Shown: piece after piece, positions 12,568 through 25,900 of the stretch
Layout: every line of letters starts with the position of its first letter
Numbering within the stretch: the stretch's first letter is position 1
Source of the DNA: Antedon mediterranea
Taxonomy: Eukaryota; Animalia; Echinodermata
Direction of reading: 5' to 3'
Assembly (NCBI RefSeq): GCF_964355755.1
Contig: NC_092680.1
Span: 10,974,001-11,038,000, forward strand
DNA length: 64,000 nucleotides
Program-made: the position numbers and the translations under genes
Notes under the pieces: model-generated
Told to the model about the DNA's origin: nothing
What the model saw: only the letters and a program-made list of their open reading frames with translations
Database searches by the model: none

Positions 12568-15359
12568 GTGAAAAGTTTTATCGAAATGCTCAAAATGGTC
12601 TGAAACGGTTTCTAATGCGATTTGAAGCTATTCTGTACACTTTGAAGTTTTTTGTGAAAAAGTTTTCTCGAAATGCTCAAAATGGTCTAAAACGTTTTTA
12701 TATACCATATTAAGCTAATTTGTGCACTTTGATGTTTTTTGTGAAAAGTTTTATCGAAATGCTCAAAATGGTCTAAAACGGTTTCTATTGTGATTTTAAG
12801 CACTTTGATGATTTTGTGTAACCAAGTTTCATCGAAATGTACAAAATGGTCTAAAACGTCTCCAAATGCGATTTGAAGCTTTTCTAAGCACTTTGGTGTT
12901 TTTATGTTAACAAGTTTTTTTGAAAATCACAAAATGGTCTAAAACGTCTCCAAATGCGATTTGAAGATATTCTGAGCACTTTGGTGTTTTTATGTTAAAA
13001 AGTTTTTTCGAAAATCACAAAATAGTCTAAAAAGTCTCAAAATGCGATTTGAAGCTATTCTGTACACTTTGATGTTTTGTGTGAAAAAGTTTTGTCGAAA
13101 TGCTCAAAATGGTCTAAAACGTTTTTAAATACGATATTAAGCTGTTTTGTGCAGTTTGATGATTTGTGTGAAAAGTTTTAACGAAATGCTCAAAATGGTC
13201 TAAAACGGTTTCTAATGCGATTGGAAGCTATTCTGTACACTTTGAAGTTTTTTGTGAAAAAGTTTTCTCGAAATGCTCAAAATGGTCTAAAACGTTTTTA
13301 TATACCATATTAAGCTATTTTGTGCACTTTGATGTTTTTTGTGAAAAGTTTTATCGAAATTCTCAAAATGGTCTAAAACGGTTTCTATTGTGATTTTAAG
13401 CACTTTGATGATTTTGTGTAACCAAGTTTCATCGAAATGTACAAAATGGTCTAAAACGTCTCCAAATGCGATTTGAAGCTCTTCTGTACACTTTGATGTT
13501 TTGTGTGAAAAAGTTTTGTCGAAATTCTCAAAATGGTCTAAAACGTTTTTAAATACGATATTAAGCTGTTTTGTGCACTTTGATGATTTGTGTGAAAAGT
13601 TTTAACGAAATGCTCAAAATGGTCAAAAACGGTTTCTAATGTGATTTTAAGCACTTTGATGTTTTTGTGTAACCAAGTTTTTTCAAAAATCACAAAATGG
13701 TCTAAAACGTCTCCAAATGCGATTTGAGGATATTCTGAGCACTTTGGTGTTTTTATGTTAAAAAGTTTTTTCGAAAATCACAAAATGGTCTAAAACGTCT
13801 CAAAATGCGATTTGAAGCTATTCTGTACACTTTGATGTTTTGTGTGAAAAAGTTTTGTCGAAATGCTCAAAATGGTCTAAAACGTTTTTAAAACGATATT
13901 AAGCTATTTTGTGCTCTTTGATGTTTTTGTGTAACCAAGTTTCATCGAAATCAACAAAATGGTCTAATACGTCTCCAAATGCGATTTGAAGCTTTTCCAA
14001 GAACTTTGCTGTTTTTATGTTAACAAGTTTTTTCGAAAATCACAAAATGGTCTAAAACGTCTTCAAATGCGATTTGGAGCTATTCTGTACACTTTGATGT
14101 TTTGTGTGAAAAAGTTTTGTCGAAATGCTCAAAATGGTCTAAAACGTTTTTAAATACGATATTAAGCTATTTTGTGATCTTTGATGTTTTTGTGTGAAAA
14201 GTTTTATCAAAATGCTCAAAATGGTCTGAAACGGTTTCTAATGCGATTTGAAGCTATTCTGTACACTTTGAAGTTTTGTGTGAAAAAGTTTTCTCGAAAT
14301 GCTCAAAATGGTCTAAAACGTTTTTATATACCATATTAAGCTATTTTGTGCACTTTGATGTTTTTTGTGAAAAGTTTTATCGAAATGCTCAAAATGGTCT
14401 AAAACGGTTTCTATTGGGATTTTAAGCACTTTGATGATTTTGTGTAACCAAGTTTCATCGAAATGTACAAAATGGTCTAAAACGTCTCCAAATGCGATTT
14501 GAGGATATTCTGAGCACTTTGGTGTTTTTTTGTTAAAAAGCTTTTTCGAAAATCACAAAATGGTCTAAAACGTCTCCAAATGCGATTTGAAGCTATTCTG
14601 TACACTTTGATGTTTTGTGTGAAAAAGTTTTGTCGAAATGCTCAAAATGGTCTAAAACGTTTTTAAATACGATATTAAGCTATTTTGTGATCTTTGATGT
14701 TTTTGTGTGAAAAGTTTTATCGAAAGGCTCAAAATGGTCTAAAATGGTTTCTATTGTGATTTTAAGCACTTTGATGATTTTGTGTAACCAAGTTTCATCG
14801 AAATGTACAAAATGGTCTAAAACGTCTCCAAATGCGATTTGAAGCTATTCTAAGTACTTTTGTGTTTTTATGTTAACAAGTTTTTTCGAAAATCACAAAA
14901 TGGTCTAAAACGTCTTCAAATGCGATTTGAAGCTATTCTGTACACTTTGATGTTTTGTGTGAAAAAGTTTTGTCAAAATGCTCAAAATGGTCTAAAACGT
15001 TTTTAAAACGATATTAAGCTATTTTGTGCTCTTTGATGTTTTTATGTTAACAAGTTTTTTCGAAAATCACAAAATGGTCTAAAACGTCTCCAAATGCGAT
15101 TTGAAGCTTTTCTAAGCACTTTGGTGTTTTTATGTTAACAAGTTTTTTCGAAAATCACAAAATGTTCTAAAACGTCTCCAAATGCGATTTGAAGATATTG
15201 TGAGCACTTTGGTGTTTTTATGTTAAAAAGTTTTTTCGAAAATCACAAAATAGTCTAAAACGTCTCAAAATGCGATTTGAAGCTATTCTGTACACTTTGA
15301 TGTTTTGTGTGAAAAAGTTTTGTCGAAATGCTCAAAATGGTCTAAAACGTTTTTAAAAC

Positions 15360-17799
15360 GATATTAAGCTATTTTGTGCTCTTTGATGTTTTTGTGTAAC
15401 CAAGTTTCATCGAAAATCACAAAATGGTCTAAAACGTCTCAAAATGCGATTTGAAGCTTTTCTAAGCACTTTGGTGTTTTTATGTTAAGAAGTTTTTTCG
15501 AAAATCACGAAATGGTCTAAAATGTCTCCAAATGCGATTTGAAGATATTCTGAGCACTTTGGTGTTTTTATGTTAAAAAGTTTTTTCGAAAATCACAAAA
15601 TGGTCTAAAACGTCTCCAAATGCGATTTGAAGCTCTTCTGTACACTTTGATGTTTTGTGTGAAAAAGTTTTGTCGAAATGCTCAAAATGGTCTAAAACGT
15701 TTTAAAATACGATATTAAGCTATTTTGTGCTCTTTGATGTTTTTGTGTAACCAAGTTTCATCGAAAATCACAAAATGGTCTAAAACGTCTTCAAATGCGA
15801 TTTGAAGCTATTCTGTACACTTTGATGTTTTTTGTGAAAAAGTTTTGTCAAAATGCTCAAAATGGTCTAAAACGTTTTTAAAACGATATTAAGCTATTTT
15901 GTGCTCTTTGATGTTTTTGTGTAACCAAGTTTCATCGAAAATCACAAAATTGTCTAAAACGTCTCCAAATGCGATTTGAAGCTTTTCTAAGCCCTTTGGT
16001 GTTTTTATGTTAACAAGTTTTTTTCGAAAATCACAAAATGGTCTAAAACGTTTCCAAATGCGATTTGAAGCTCTTCTGTACACTTTGATGTTTTGTGTGA
16101 AAAAGTTTTGTCGAAATTCTCAAAATGGTCTAAAACGTTTTTAAATACGATATTAAGCTGTTTTGGGCACTTTGATGATTTGTGTGAAAAGTTTTAACGA
16201 AATGCTCAAAATGGTCAAAAACGGTTTCTAATGTGATTTTAAGCACTTTGATGTTTTTGTGTAACCAAGTTTTTTCGAAAATCACAAAATGGTCTAAAAC
16301 GTCTCCAAATGCGATTTGAAGCTTTTCTAAGCACTTTGGTGTTTTTATGTTAACAAGTTTTTTCGAAAATCACAAAATGGTCTAAAACGTCTCCAAATGC
16401 GATTTGAAGATATTCTGAGCACTTTGGTGTTTTTATGTTAAAAAGTTTTTTCGAAAATCACAAAAAAGTCTAAAACGTCTCCAAATGCGATTTGAAGCTA
16501 TTCTGTACACTTTGATGTTTTGTGTGAAAAAGTTTTGTCGAAATGCTCAAAATGGTCTAAAACGTTTTTAAAACGATATTAAGCTATTTTGTGCTCTTTG
16601 ATGTTTTTGTGTAACCAAGTTTCATCGAAAATCACAAAATGGTCTAAAACGTCTCCAAATGCGATTTGAAGCTTTTCTAAGCACTTTGGTGTTTTTATGT
16701 TAACAAGTTTTTTCGAAAATCACGAAATTGTCTAAAATGTCTCCAAATGCGATTTTAAGATATTCTGAGCACTTTGGTGTTTTTATGTTAAAACGTTTTT
16801 TCGAAAATCACAAAATGGTCTAAAACGTCTCCAAATGCGATTTGAAGCTCTTCTGTACACTTTGATGTTTTGTGTGAAAAAGTTTTGTCGAAATGCTCAA
16901 AATGGTCTAAAACGTTTTTAAATACGATATTAAGCTATTTTGTGCTCTTTGATGTTTTTGTGTAACCAAGTTTCATCGAAAATCACAAAATGGTCTAAAA
17001 CGTCTCAAAATGCGATTTGAAGCTTTTCTAAGCACTTTGGTGTTTTTATGTTAAGAAGTTTTTTCGAAAATCACGAAATGGTCTAAAATGTCTCCAAATG
17101 CGATTTGAAGATATTCTAAGCACTTTGGTGTTTTTATGTTAAAAAGTTTTTTCGAACATCACAAAATGGTCTAAAACGTCTCCAAATGCGATTTGAAGCT
17201 CTTCTGTACACTTTGATGTTTTGTGTGAAAAAGTTTTGTCGAAATGCTCAAAATGGTCTAAAACGTTTTAAAATACGATATTAAGCTATTTTGTGCTCTT
17301 TGATGTTTTTGTGTAACCAAGTTTCATCGAAAATCACAAAATGGTCTAAAACGTCTTCAAATGCGATTTGAAGCTATTCTGTACACTTTGATGTTTTGTG
17401 TGAAAAAGTTTTGTCAAAAGGCTCAAAATGGTCTAAAACGTTTTTAAAACGATATTAAGCTATTTTGTGCTCTTTGATGTTTTTGTGTAACCAAGTTTCA
17501 TCGAAAATCACAAAATTGTCTAAAACGTCTCCAAATGCGATTTGAAGCTTTTCTAAGCCCTTTGGTGTTTTTATGTTAACAAGTTTTTTTCGAAAATCAC
17601 AAAATGGTCTAAAACGTTTCCAAATGCGATTTGAAGCTCTTCTGTACACTTTGATGTTTTGTGTGAAAAAGTTTTGTCGAAATTCTCAAAATGGTCTAAA
17701 ACGTTTTTAAATACGATATTAAGCTGTTTTGGGCACTTTGATGATTTGTGTGAAAAGTTTTAACGAAATGCTCAAAATGGTCAAAAACGGTTTCTAATG
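15360..17799 (+). repeat. Block ~15360-16233 repeated at ~16926-17799 (offset 1566 bp, 18 monomers); further related copies at ~19.1-19.8 kb and ~20.2-21.7 kb
   Basis: Identical spurious ORFs at 15889 and 17455, TTAAGAAG at 15485/17051, and shared GCCCTTTGG and GTTTTAAAATAC variants. Confidence 0.8.
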
Positions 17800-20700
17800 C
17801 GATTTTAAGCTTTTCTAAGCACTTTGGTGTTTTTATGTTAACAAGTTTTTTCGAAAATCACAAAATGGTCTAAAACGTCTCCAAATGCGATTTGAAGCTT
17901 TTCTAAGCACTTTGATTTTTTATGTTAACAAGTTTTGTCGAAATGCTCAAAATGGTCTAAAACGTTTTTAAATACGATATTAAGCTATTTTGTGATCTTT
18001 GATGTTTTTGTGTGAAAAGTTTTATCGAAATGCTCAAAATGGTCTAAAACGGTTTAAAATGCGATTTGAAGCTATTCTGTACACTTTGAAGTTTTTTGTG
18101 AAAAAGTTTTCTCGAAATGCTCAAAATGGTCTAAAACGTTTTTATATACCATATTAACCTATTTTGGGCACTTTGATGTTTTTTGTGAAAAGTTTTATCG
18201 AAATGCTCAAAATGGTCTAAAACGGTTTTCTATTGTGATTTTAAGCACTTTGATGATTTTGTGTAACCAAGTTTCATCGAAATGTACAAAATGGTCTAAA
18301 ACGTCTCCAAATGCGATTTGAAGCTATTCTAAGTACTTTTGTGTTTTTATGTTAACAAGTTTTTTCGAAAATCACAAAATGGTCTAAAACGTCTTCAAAT
18401 GCGATTTGAAGCTATTCTGTACACTTTGATGTTTTGTGTGAAAAAGTTTTGTCGAAATGCTCAAAATGGTCTAAAACGTTTTTAAATACGATATTAAGCT
18501 ATTTTGTGATCTTTGATGTTTTTGTGTGAAAAGTTTTATCGAAATGCTCAAAATGGTCTGAAACGGTTTCTAATGCGATTTGAAGCTATTCTGTACACTT
18601 TGAAGTTTTTTGTGAAAAAGTTTTCTCGAAATGCTCAAAATGGTCTAAAACGTTTTTATATACCATATTAAGCTAATTTGTGCACTTTGATGTTTTTTTG
18701 TGAAAAGTTTTATCGAAATGCTCAAAATGGTCTAAAACGGTTTCTATTGTGATTTTAAGCACTTTGATGATTTTGTGTAACCAAGTTTCATCGAAATGTA
18801 CAAAATGGTCTAAAACGTCTCCAAATGCGATTTGAAGCTTTTCTAAGCACTTTTGTGTTTTTATGTTAACAAGTTTTTTTGAAAATCACAAAATGGTCTA
18901 AAACGTCTCCAAATGCGATTTGAAGATATTCTGAGCACTTTGGTGTTTTTATGTTAAAAAGTTTTTTCGAAAATCACAAAATAGTCTAAAACGTCTCAAA
19001 ATGCGATTTGAAGCTATTCTGTACACTTTGATGTTTTGTGTAAAAAAGTTTTGTCGAAATGCTCAAAATGGTCTAAAACGTTTTTAAAACGATATTAAGC
19101 TATTTTGTGCTCTTTGATGTTTTTGTGTAACCAAGTTTCATCGAAAATCACAAAATGGTCTAAAACGTCTCAAAATGCGATTTGAAGCTTTTCTAAGCAC
19201 TTTGGTGTTTTTATGTTAAGAAGTTTTTTCGAAAATCACGAAATGGTCTAAAATGTCTCCAAATGCGATTTGAAGATATTCTGAGCACTTTGGTGTTTTT
19301 ATGTTAAAAAGTTTTTTCGAAAATCACAAAATGGTCTAAAACGTCTTCAAATGCGATTTGAAGCTATTCTGTACACTTTGATGTTTTGTGTGAAAAAGTT
19401 TTGTCAAAATGCTCAAAATGGTCTAAAACGTTTTTAAAACGATATTAAGCTATTTTGTGCTCTTTGATGTTTTTGTGTAACCAAGTTTCATCAAAAATCA
19501 CAAAATTGTCTAAAACGTCTCCAAATGCGATTTGAAGCTTTTCTAAGCACTTTGGTGTTTTTATGTTAACAAGTTTTTTTCGAAAATCACAAAATGGTCT
19601 AAAACGTTTTTAAATACGATATTAAGCTGTTTTGGGCACTTTGATGATTTGTGTGAAAAGTTTTAACGAAATGCTCAAAATGGTCAAAAACGGTTTCTAA
19701 TGTGATTTTAAGCACTTTGATGTTTTTGTGTAACCAAGTTTTTTCGAAAATCACAAAATGGTCTAAAACGTCTCCAAATGCGATTTGAAGCTTTTCTAAG
19801 CACTTTGGTGTTTTTATCTATTCTGCACACTTTGATGTTTTGTGTGAAAAAGTTTTGTCGAAATACTCAAAATGGTCTAAAACGTTTTTAAAATGATATT
19901 AAGCTATTTTGTGCTCTTTGATGTTTTTGTGTAACCAAGTTTCATCGAAAATCACAAAATGGTCTAAAACGTCTCCAAATGCGATTTGAAGCTTTTCTAA
20001 GCACTTTGGTGTTTTTATGTTAACAAGTTTTTTCGAAAATCACAAAATGGTCTAAAACGTCTCCAAATGCGATTTGAAGATATTCTGAGCACTTTGGTGT
20101 TTTTATGTTAAAAAGTTTTTTCGAAAATCACAAAATAGTCTAAAACGTCTCAAAATGCGATTTGAAGCTATTCTGTACACTTTGATGTTTTGTGTGAAAA
20201 AGTTTTGTCGAAATGCTCAAAATGGTCTAAAACGTTTTTAAAACGATATTAAGCTATTTTGTGCTCTTTGATGTTTTTGTGTAACCAAGATTCATCGAAA
20301 ATCACAAAATGGTCTAAAACGTCTCAAAATGCGATTTGAAGCTTTTCTAAGCACTTTGGTGTTTTTATGTTAAGAAGTTTTTTCGAAAATCACGAAATGG
20401 TCTAAAATGTCTCCAAATGCGATTTGAAGATATTCTGAGCACTTTGGTGTTTTTATGTTAAAAAGTTTTTTCGAAAATCACAAAATGGTCTAAAACGTCT
20501 CCAAATGCGATTTGAAGCTCTTCTGTACACTTTGATGTTTTGTGTGAAAAAGTTTTGTCGAAATGCTCAAAATGGTCTAAAACGTTTTTAAATACGATAT
20601 TAAGCTATTTTGTGCTCTTTGATGTTTTTGTGTAACCAAGTTTCATCGAAAATCACAAAATGGTCTAAAACGTCTTCAAATGCGATTTGAAGCTATTCTG

Positions 20701-22214
20701 TACACTTTGATGTTTTGTGTGAAAAAGTTTTGTCAAAATGCTCAAAATGGTCTAAAACGTTTTTAAAACGATATTAAGCTATTTTGTGCTCTTTGATGTT
20801 TTTGTGTAACCAAGTTTCATCAAAAATCACAAAATTGTCTAAAACGTCTCCAAATGCGATTTGAAGCTTTTCTAAGCACTTTGGTGTTTTTATGTTAACA
20901 AGTTTTTTTCGAAAATCACAAAATGGTCTAAAACGTTTTTAAATACGATATTAAGCTGTTTTGGGCACTTTGATGATTTGTGTGAAAAGTTTTAACGAAA
21001 TGCTCAAAATGGTCAAAAACGGTTTCTAATGTGATTTTAAGCACTTTGATGTTTTTGTGTAACCAAGTTTTTTCGAAAATCACAAAATGGTCTAAAACGT
21101 CTCCAAATGCGATTTGAAGCTTTTCTAAGCACTTTGGTGTTTTTATGTTAACAAGTTTTTTCGAAAATCACAAAATGGTCTAAAACGTCTCCAAATGCGA
21201 TTTGAAGATATTCTGAGCACTTTGGTGTTTTTATGTTAAAAAGTTTTTTCGAAAATCACAAAATAGTCTAAAACGTCTCCAAATGCGATTTGAAGCTATT
21301 CTGTACACTTTGATGTTTTGTGTGAAAAAGTTTTGTCGAAATGCTCAAAATGGTCTAAAACGTTTTTAAAACGATATTAAGCTATTTTGTGCTCTTTGAT
21401 GTTTTTGTGTAACCAAGTTTCATCGAAAATCACAAAATGGTCTAAAACGTCTCCAAATGCGATTTGAAGCTTTTCTAAGCACTTTGGTGTTTTTATGTTA
21501 ACAAGTTTTTTCGAAAATCACGAAATTGTCTAAAATGTCTCCAAATGCGATTTTAAGATATTCTGAGCACTTTGGTGTTTTTATGTTAAAACGTTTTTTC
21601 GAAAATCACAAAATGGTCTAAAACGTCTCCAAATGCGATTTGAAGCTCTTCTGTACACTTTGATGTTTTGTGTGAAAAAGTTTTGTCGAAATGCTCAAAA
21701 TGGTCTAAAACGTTTTTAAATACGATATTAAGGTGTTTTATGCAGTTTGATGATTTGTGTGAAAAGTTTTAACGAAATGCTCAAAATGGTCTAAAACGGT
21801 TTCTAATGCGATTTGAAGCTATTCTGTACACTTTGAAGTTTTTTGTGAAAAAGTTTTTTCGAAATGCTCAAAATGGTCTAAAACGTTTTTATATACCATA
21901 TTAAGCTATTTTGTGCACTTTGATGTTTTTTGTGAAAAGTTTTATCGAAATGCTCAAAATGGTCTGAAACGGTTTCTATTGTGATTTTAAGCACTTTGAT
22001 GATTTTGTGTAACCAAGTTTCATCGAAATGTACAAAATGGTCTAAAACGTCTCCAAATGCGATTTGAAGCTATTCTAAGTACTTTTGTGTTTTTATGTTA
22101 ACAAGTTTTTTCGAAAATCACGAAATGGTCTAAAATGTCTCCAAATGCGATTTGAAGATATTCTGAGCACTTTGGTGTTTTTATGTTAAAAAGTTTTGTC
22201 GAAATGCTCAAAAT

Positions 22215-22980
22215 GGTCTAAAACGTTTTTAAATACGATATTAAGCTATTTTGTGATCTTTGATGTTTTTGTGTGAAAAGTTTTATCGAAATGCTCAAAA
22301 TGGTCTAAAACGGTTTCTATTGTGATTTTAAGCACTTTGATGATTTTGTGTAACCAAGTTTCATCGAAATGTACAAAATGGTCTAAAACGTCTCCAAATG
22401 CGATTTGAAGCTATTCTAAGTACTTTTGTGGTTTTATGTTAACAAGTTTTTTCGAAAATCACGAAATGGTCTAAAACGTCTTCAAATGCGATTTGAAGCT
22501 ATTCTGTACACTTTGATGTTTTGTGTGAAAAAGTTTTGTCGAAATGCTCAAAATGGTCTAAAACGTTTTTAAATACGATATTAAGCTATTTTGTGATCTT
22601 TGATGTTTTTGTGTGAAAAGTTTTATCGAAATGCTCAAAATGGTCTAAAACGGTTTCTATTGTGATTTTAAGCACTTTGATGATTTTGTGTAACCAAGTT
22701 TCATCGAAATGTACAAAATGGTCTAAAACGTCTCCAAATGCGATTTGAAGCTATTCTAAGTACTTTTGTGTTTTTATGTTAACAAGTTTTTTCGAAAATC
22801 ACAAAATGGTCTAAAACGTCTTCAAATGCGATTTGAAGCTATTCTGTACACTTTGATGTTTTGTGTGAAAAAGTTTTGTCGAAATGCTCAAAATGGTCTA
22901 AAACGTTTTTAAATACGATATTAAGCTATTTTGTGATCTTTGATGTTTTTGTGTGAAAAGTTTTATCAAAATGCTCAAAA
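22215..22980 (+). repeat. Tandem 4-monomer HOR B-E-F-A (340 bp), about 2.2 copies
   Basis: B monomers start at 22215, 22555 and 22895. The same 340-bp unit appears at 6730/7070. Confidence 0.85.
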
Positions 22981-25900
22981 TGGTCTGAAACGGTTTCTAA
23001 TGCGATTTGAAGCTATTCTGTACACTTTGAAGTTTTGTGTGAAAAAGTTTTTTCGAAAATCACGAAATGGTCTAAAATGTCTCCAAATGCGATTTGAAGA
23101 TATTCTGAGCACTTTGATGTTTTTGTGTGAAAAGTTTTATCGAAATGCTCAAAATGGTCTAAAACGGTTTCTAATGCGATTTGAAGCTATTCTGTACACT
23201 TTGAAGTTTTTGGTGAAAAAGTTTTCTCGAAATGCTCAAAATGGTCTAAAACGTTTTTATATACCATATTAAGCTATTTTGTGCACTTTTATGTTTTGTG
23301 TGAAAAAGTTTTGTCGAAATGCTCAAAATGGTCTAAAACGTTTTTAAATACGATATTAAGCTGTTTTGTGCACTTTGATGATTTGTGTGAAAAGTTTTAA
23401 CGAAATGCTCAAAATGGTCTAAAACGGTTTCTAATGTGATTTTAAGCACTTTGATGTTTTTGTGTAACCAAGTTTTTTCGAAAATCACAAAATGGTCTAA
23501 AACGTCTCCAAATGCGATTTGAAGCTTTTCTAAGCACTTTGGTGTTTTTATGTTAACAAGTTTTTTCGAAAATCACAAAATGGTCTAAAACGTCTCCAAA
23601 TGCGATTTGAGGATATTCTGAGCACTTTGGTGTTTTTATGTTAAAAAGTTTTTTCGAAAATCACAAAATGGTCTAAAACGTCTCAAAATGCGATTTGAAG
23701 CTATTCTGTACACTTTGATGTTTTGTGTGAAAAAGTTTTGTCGAAATGCTCCAAATGGTCTAAAACGTTTTTAAAACGATATTAAGCTATTTTGTGCTCT
23801 TTGATGTTTTTGTGTAACCAAGTTTCATCGAAATCAACAAAATGGTCTAATACGTCTCCAAATGCGATTTGAAGCTTTTCCAAGCACTTTGCTGTTTTTA
23901 TGTTAACAAGTTTTTTCGAAAATCACAAAATGGTCTAAAACGTCTTCAAATGCGATTTGAAGCTATTCTGTACACTTTGATGTTTTGTGTGAAAAAGTTT
24001 TGTCGAAATGCTCAAAATGGTCTAAAACGTTTTTAAATACGATATTAAGCTATTTTGTGATCTTTGATGTTTTTGTGTGAAAAGTTTTATCGAAATGCTC
24101 AAAATGGTCTAAAACGGTTTCTAATGCGATTTGAAGCTATTCGGTACACTTTGAAGTTTTTTGTGAAAAAGTTTTCTCGAAATGCTCAAAATGGTCTAAA
24201 AAGTTTTTATATACCATATTAAGCTATTTTGTGCACTTTGATGTTTTTTGTGAAAAGTTTTATCGAAATGCTCAAAATGGTCTAAAACGGTTTCTATTGT
24301 GATTTTAAGCACTTTGATGATTTTGTGTAACCAAGTTTCATCGAATGGTACAAAATGGTCTAAAACGTCTGCAAATGCGATTTGAAGCTATTCTAAGTAC
24401 TTTTGTGTTTTTATGTTAACAAGTTTTTTCGAAAATCACAAAATGGTCTAAAACGTCTTCAAATGCGATTTGAAGCTATTCTGTACACTTTGATGTTTTG
24501 TGTGAAAAAGTTTTGTCGAAATGCTCAAAATGGTCTAAAACGTTTTTAAATACGATATTAAGCTATTTTTTGATCTTTGATGTTTTTGTGTGAAAAGTTT
24601 TATCGAAATGCTCAAAATGGTCTAAAACGGTTTCTAATGCGATTTGAAGCTATTCTGTACACTTTGAAGTTTTTTGTGAAAAAGTTTTCTCGAAATGCTC
24701 AAAATGGTCTAAAACGTTTTTATATACCATATTAAGCTATTTTGTGCACTTTGATGTTTTTTGTGAAAAGTTTTATCGAAATTCTCAAAATGGTCTAAAA
24801 CGGTTTCTATTGTGACTTTAAGCACTTTGATGATTTTGTGTAACCAAGTTTCATCGAAATGTACAAAATGGTCTAAAACGTCTCCAAATGCGATTTTAAG
24901 CTCTTCTGTACACTTTGATGTTTTGTGTGAAAAAGTTTTGTCGAAATTCTCAAAATGGTCTAAAACGTTTTTAAATATGATATTAAGCTGTTTTGTGCAC
25001 TTTGATGATTTGTGTGAAAAGTTTTAACGAAATGCTCAAAATGGTCAAAAACGGTTTCTAATGTGATTTTAAACACTTTGATGTTTTTGTGTAACCAAGT
25101 TTTTTCAAAAATCACAAAATGGTCTAAAACGTCTCCAAATGCGATTTGAAGCTTTTCTAAGCACTTTGGTGTTTTTATGTTAACAAGTTTTTTCGAAAAT
25201 CACAAAATGGTCTAAAACGTCTCCAAATGCGATTTGAAGATATTCTGAGCACTTTGGTGTTTTTATGTTAAAAAGTTTTTTCGAAAATCACAAAATAGTC
25301 TAAACCGTCTCAAAATGCGATTTGAAGCTATTCTGTACACTTTGATGTTTTGTGTGAAAAAGTTTTGTCGAAATGCTCAAAATGGTCTAAAACGTTTTTA
25401 AAACGATATTAAGCTATTTTGTGCTCTTTGATGTTTTTGTGTAACCAAGTTTCATCGAAAATCACAAAATGGTCTAAAACGTCTCCAAATGCGATTTGAA
25501 GCTTTTCTAAGCACTTTGGTGTTTTTATGTTAACAAGTTTTTTCGAAAATCACGAAATGGTCTAAAATGTCTCCAAATGCGATTTGAAGATATTCTGAGC
25601 ACTTTGGTGTTTTTATGTTAAAACGTTTTTTCGAAAATCACAAAATGGTCTAAAACGTCTCCAAATGCGATTTGAAGCTCTTCTGTACACTTTGATGTTT
25701 TGTGTGAAAAAGTTTTGTCGAAATGCTCAAAATGGTCTAAAACGTTTTTAAATACGATATTAAGCTGTTTTGTGCAGTTTGATGATTTGTGTGAAAAGTT
25801 TTAACGAAATGCTCAAAATGGTCTAAAACGGTTTCTAATGTGATTTTAAGCACTTTGATGTTTTTGTGTAACCAAGTTTTTTCGAAAATCACAAAATGGT

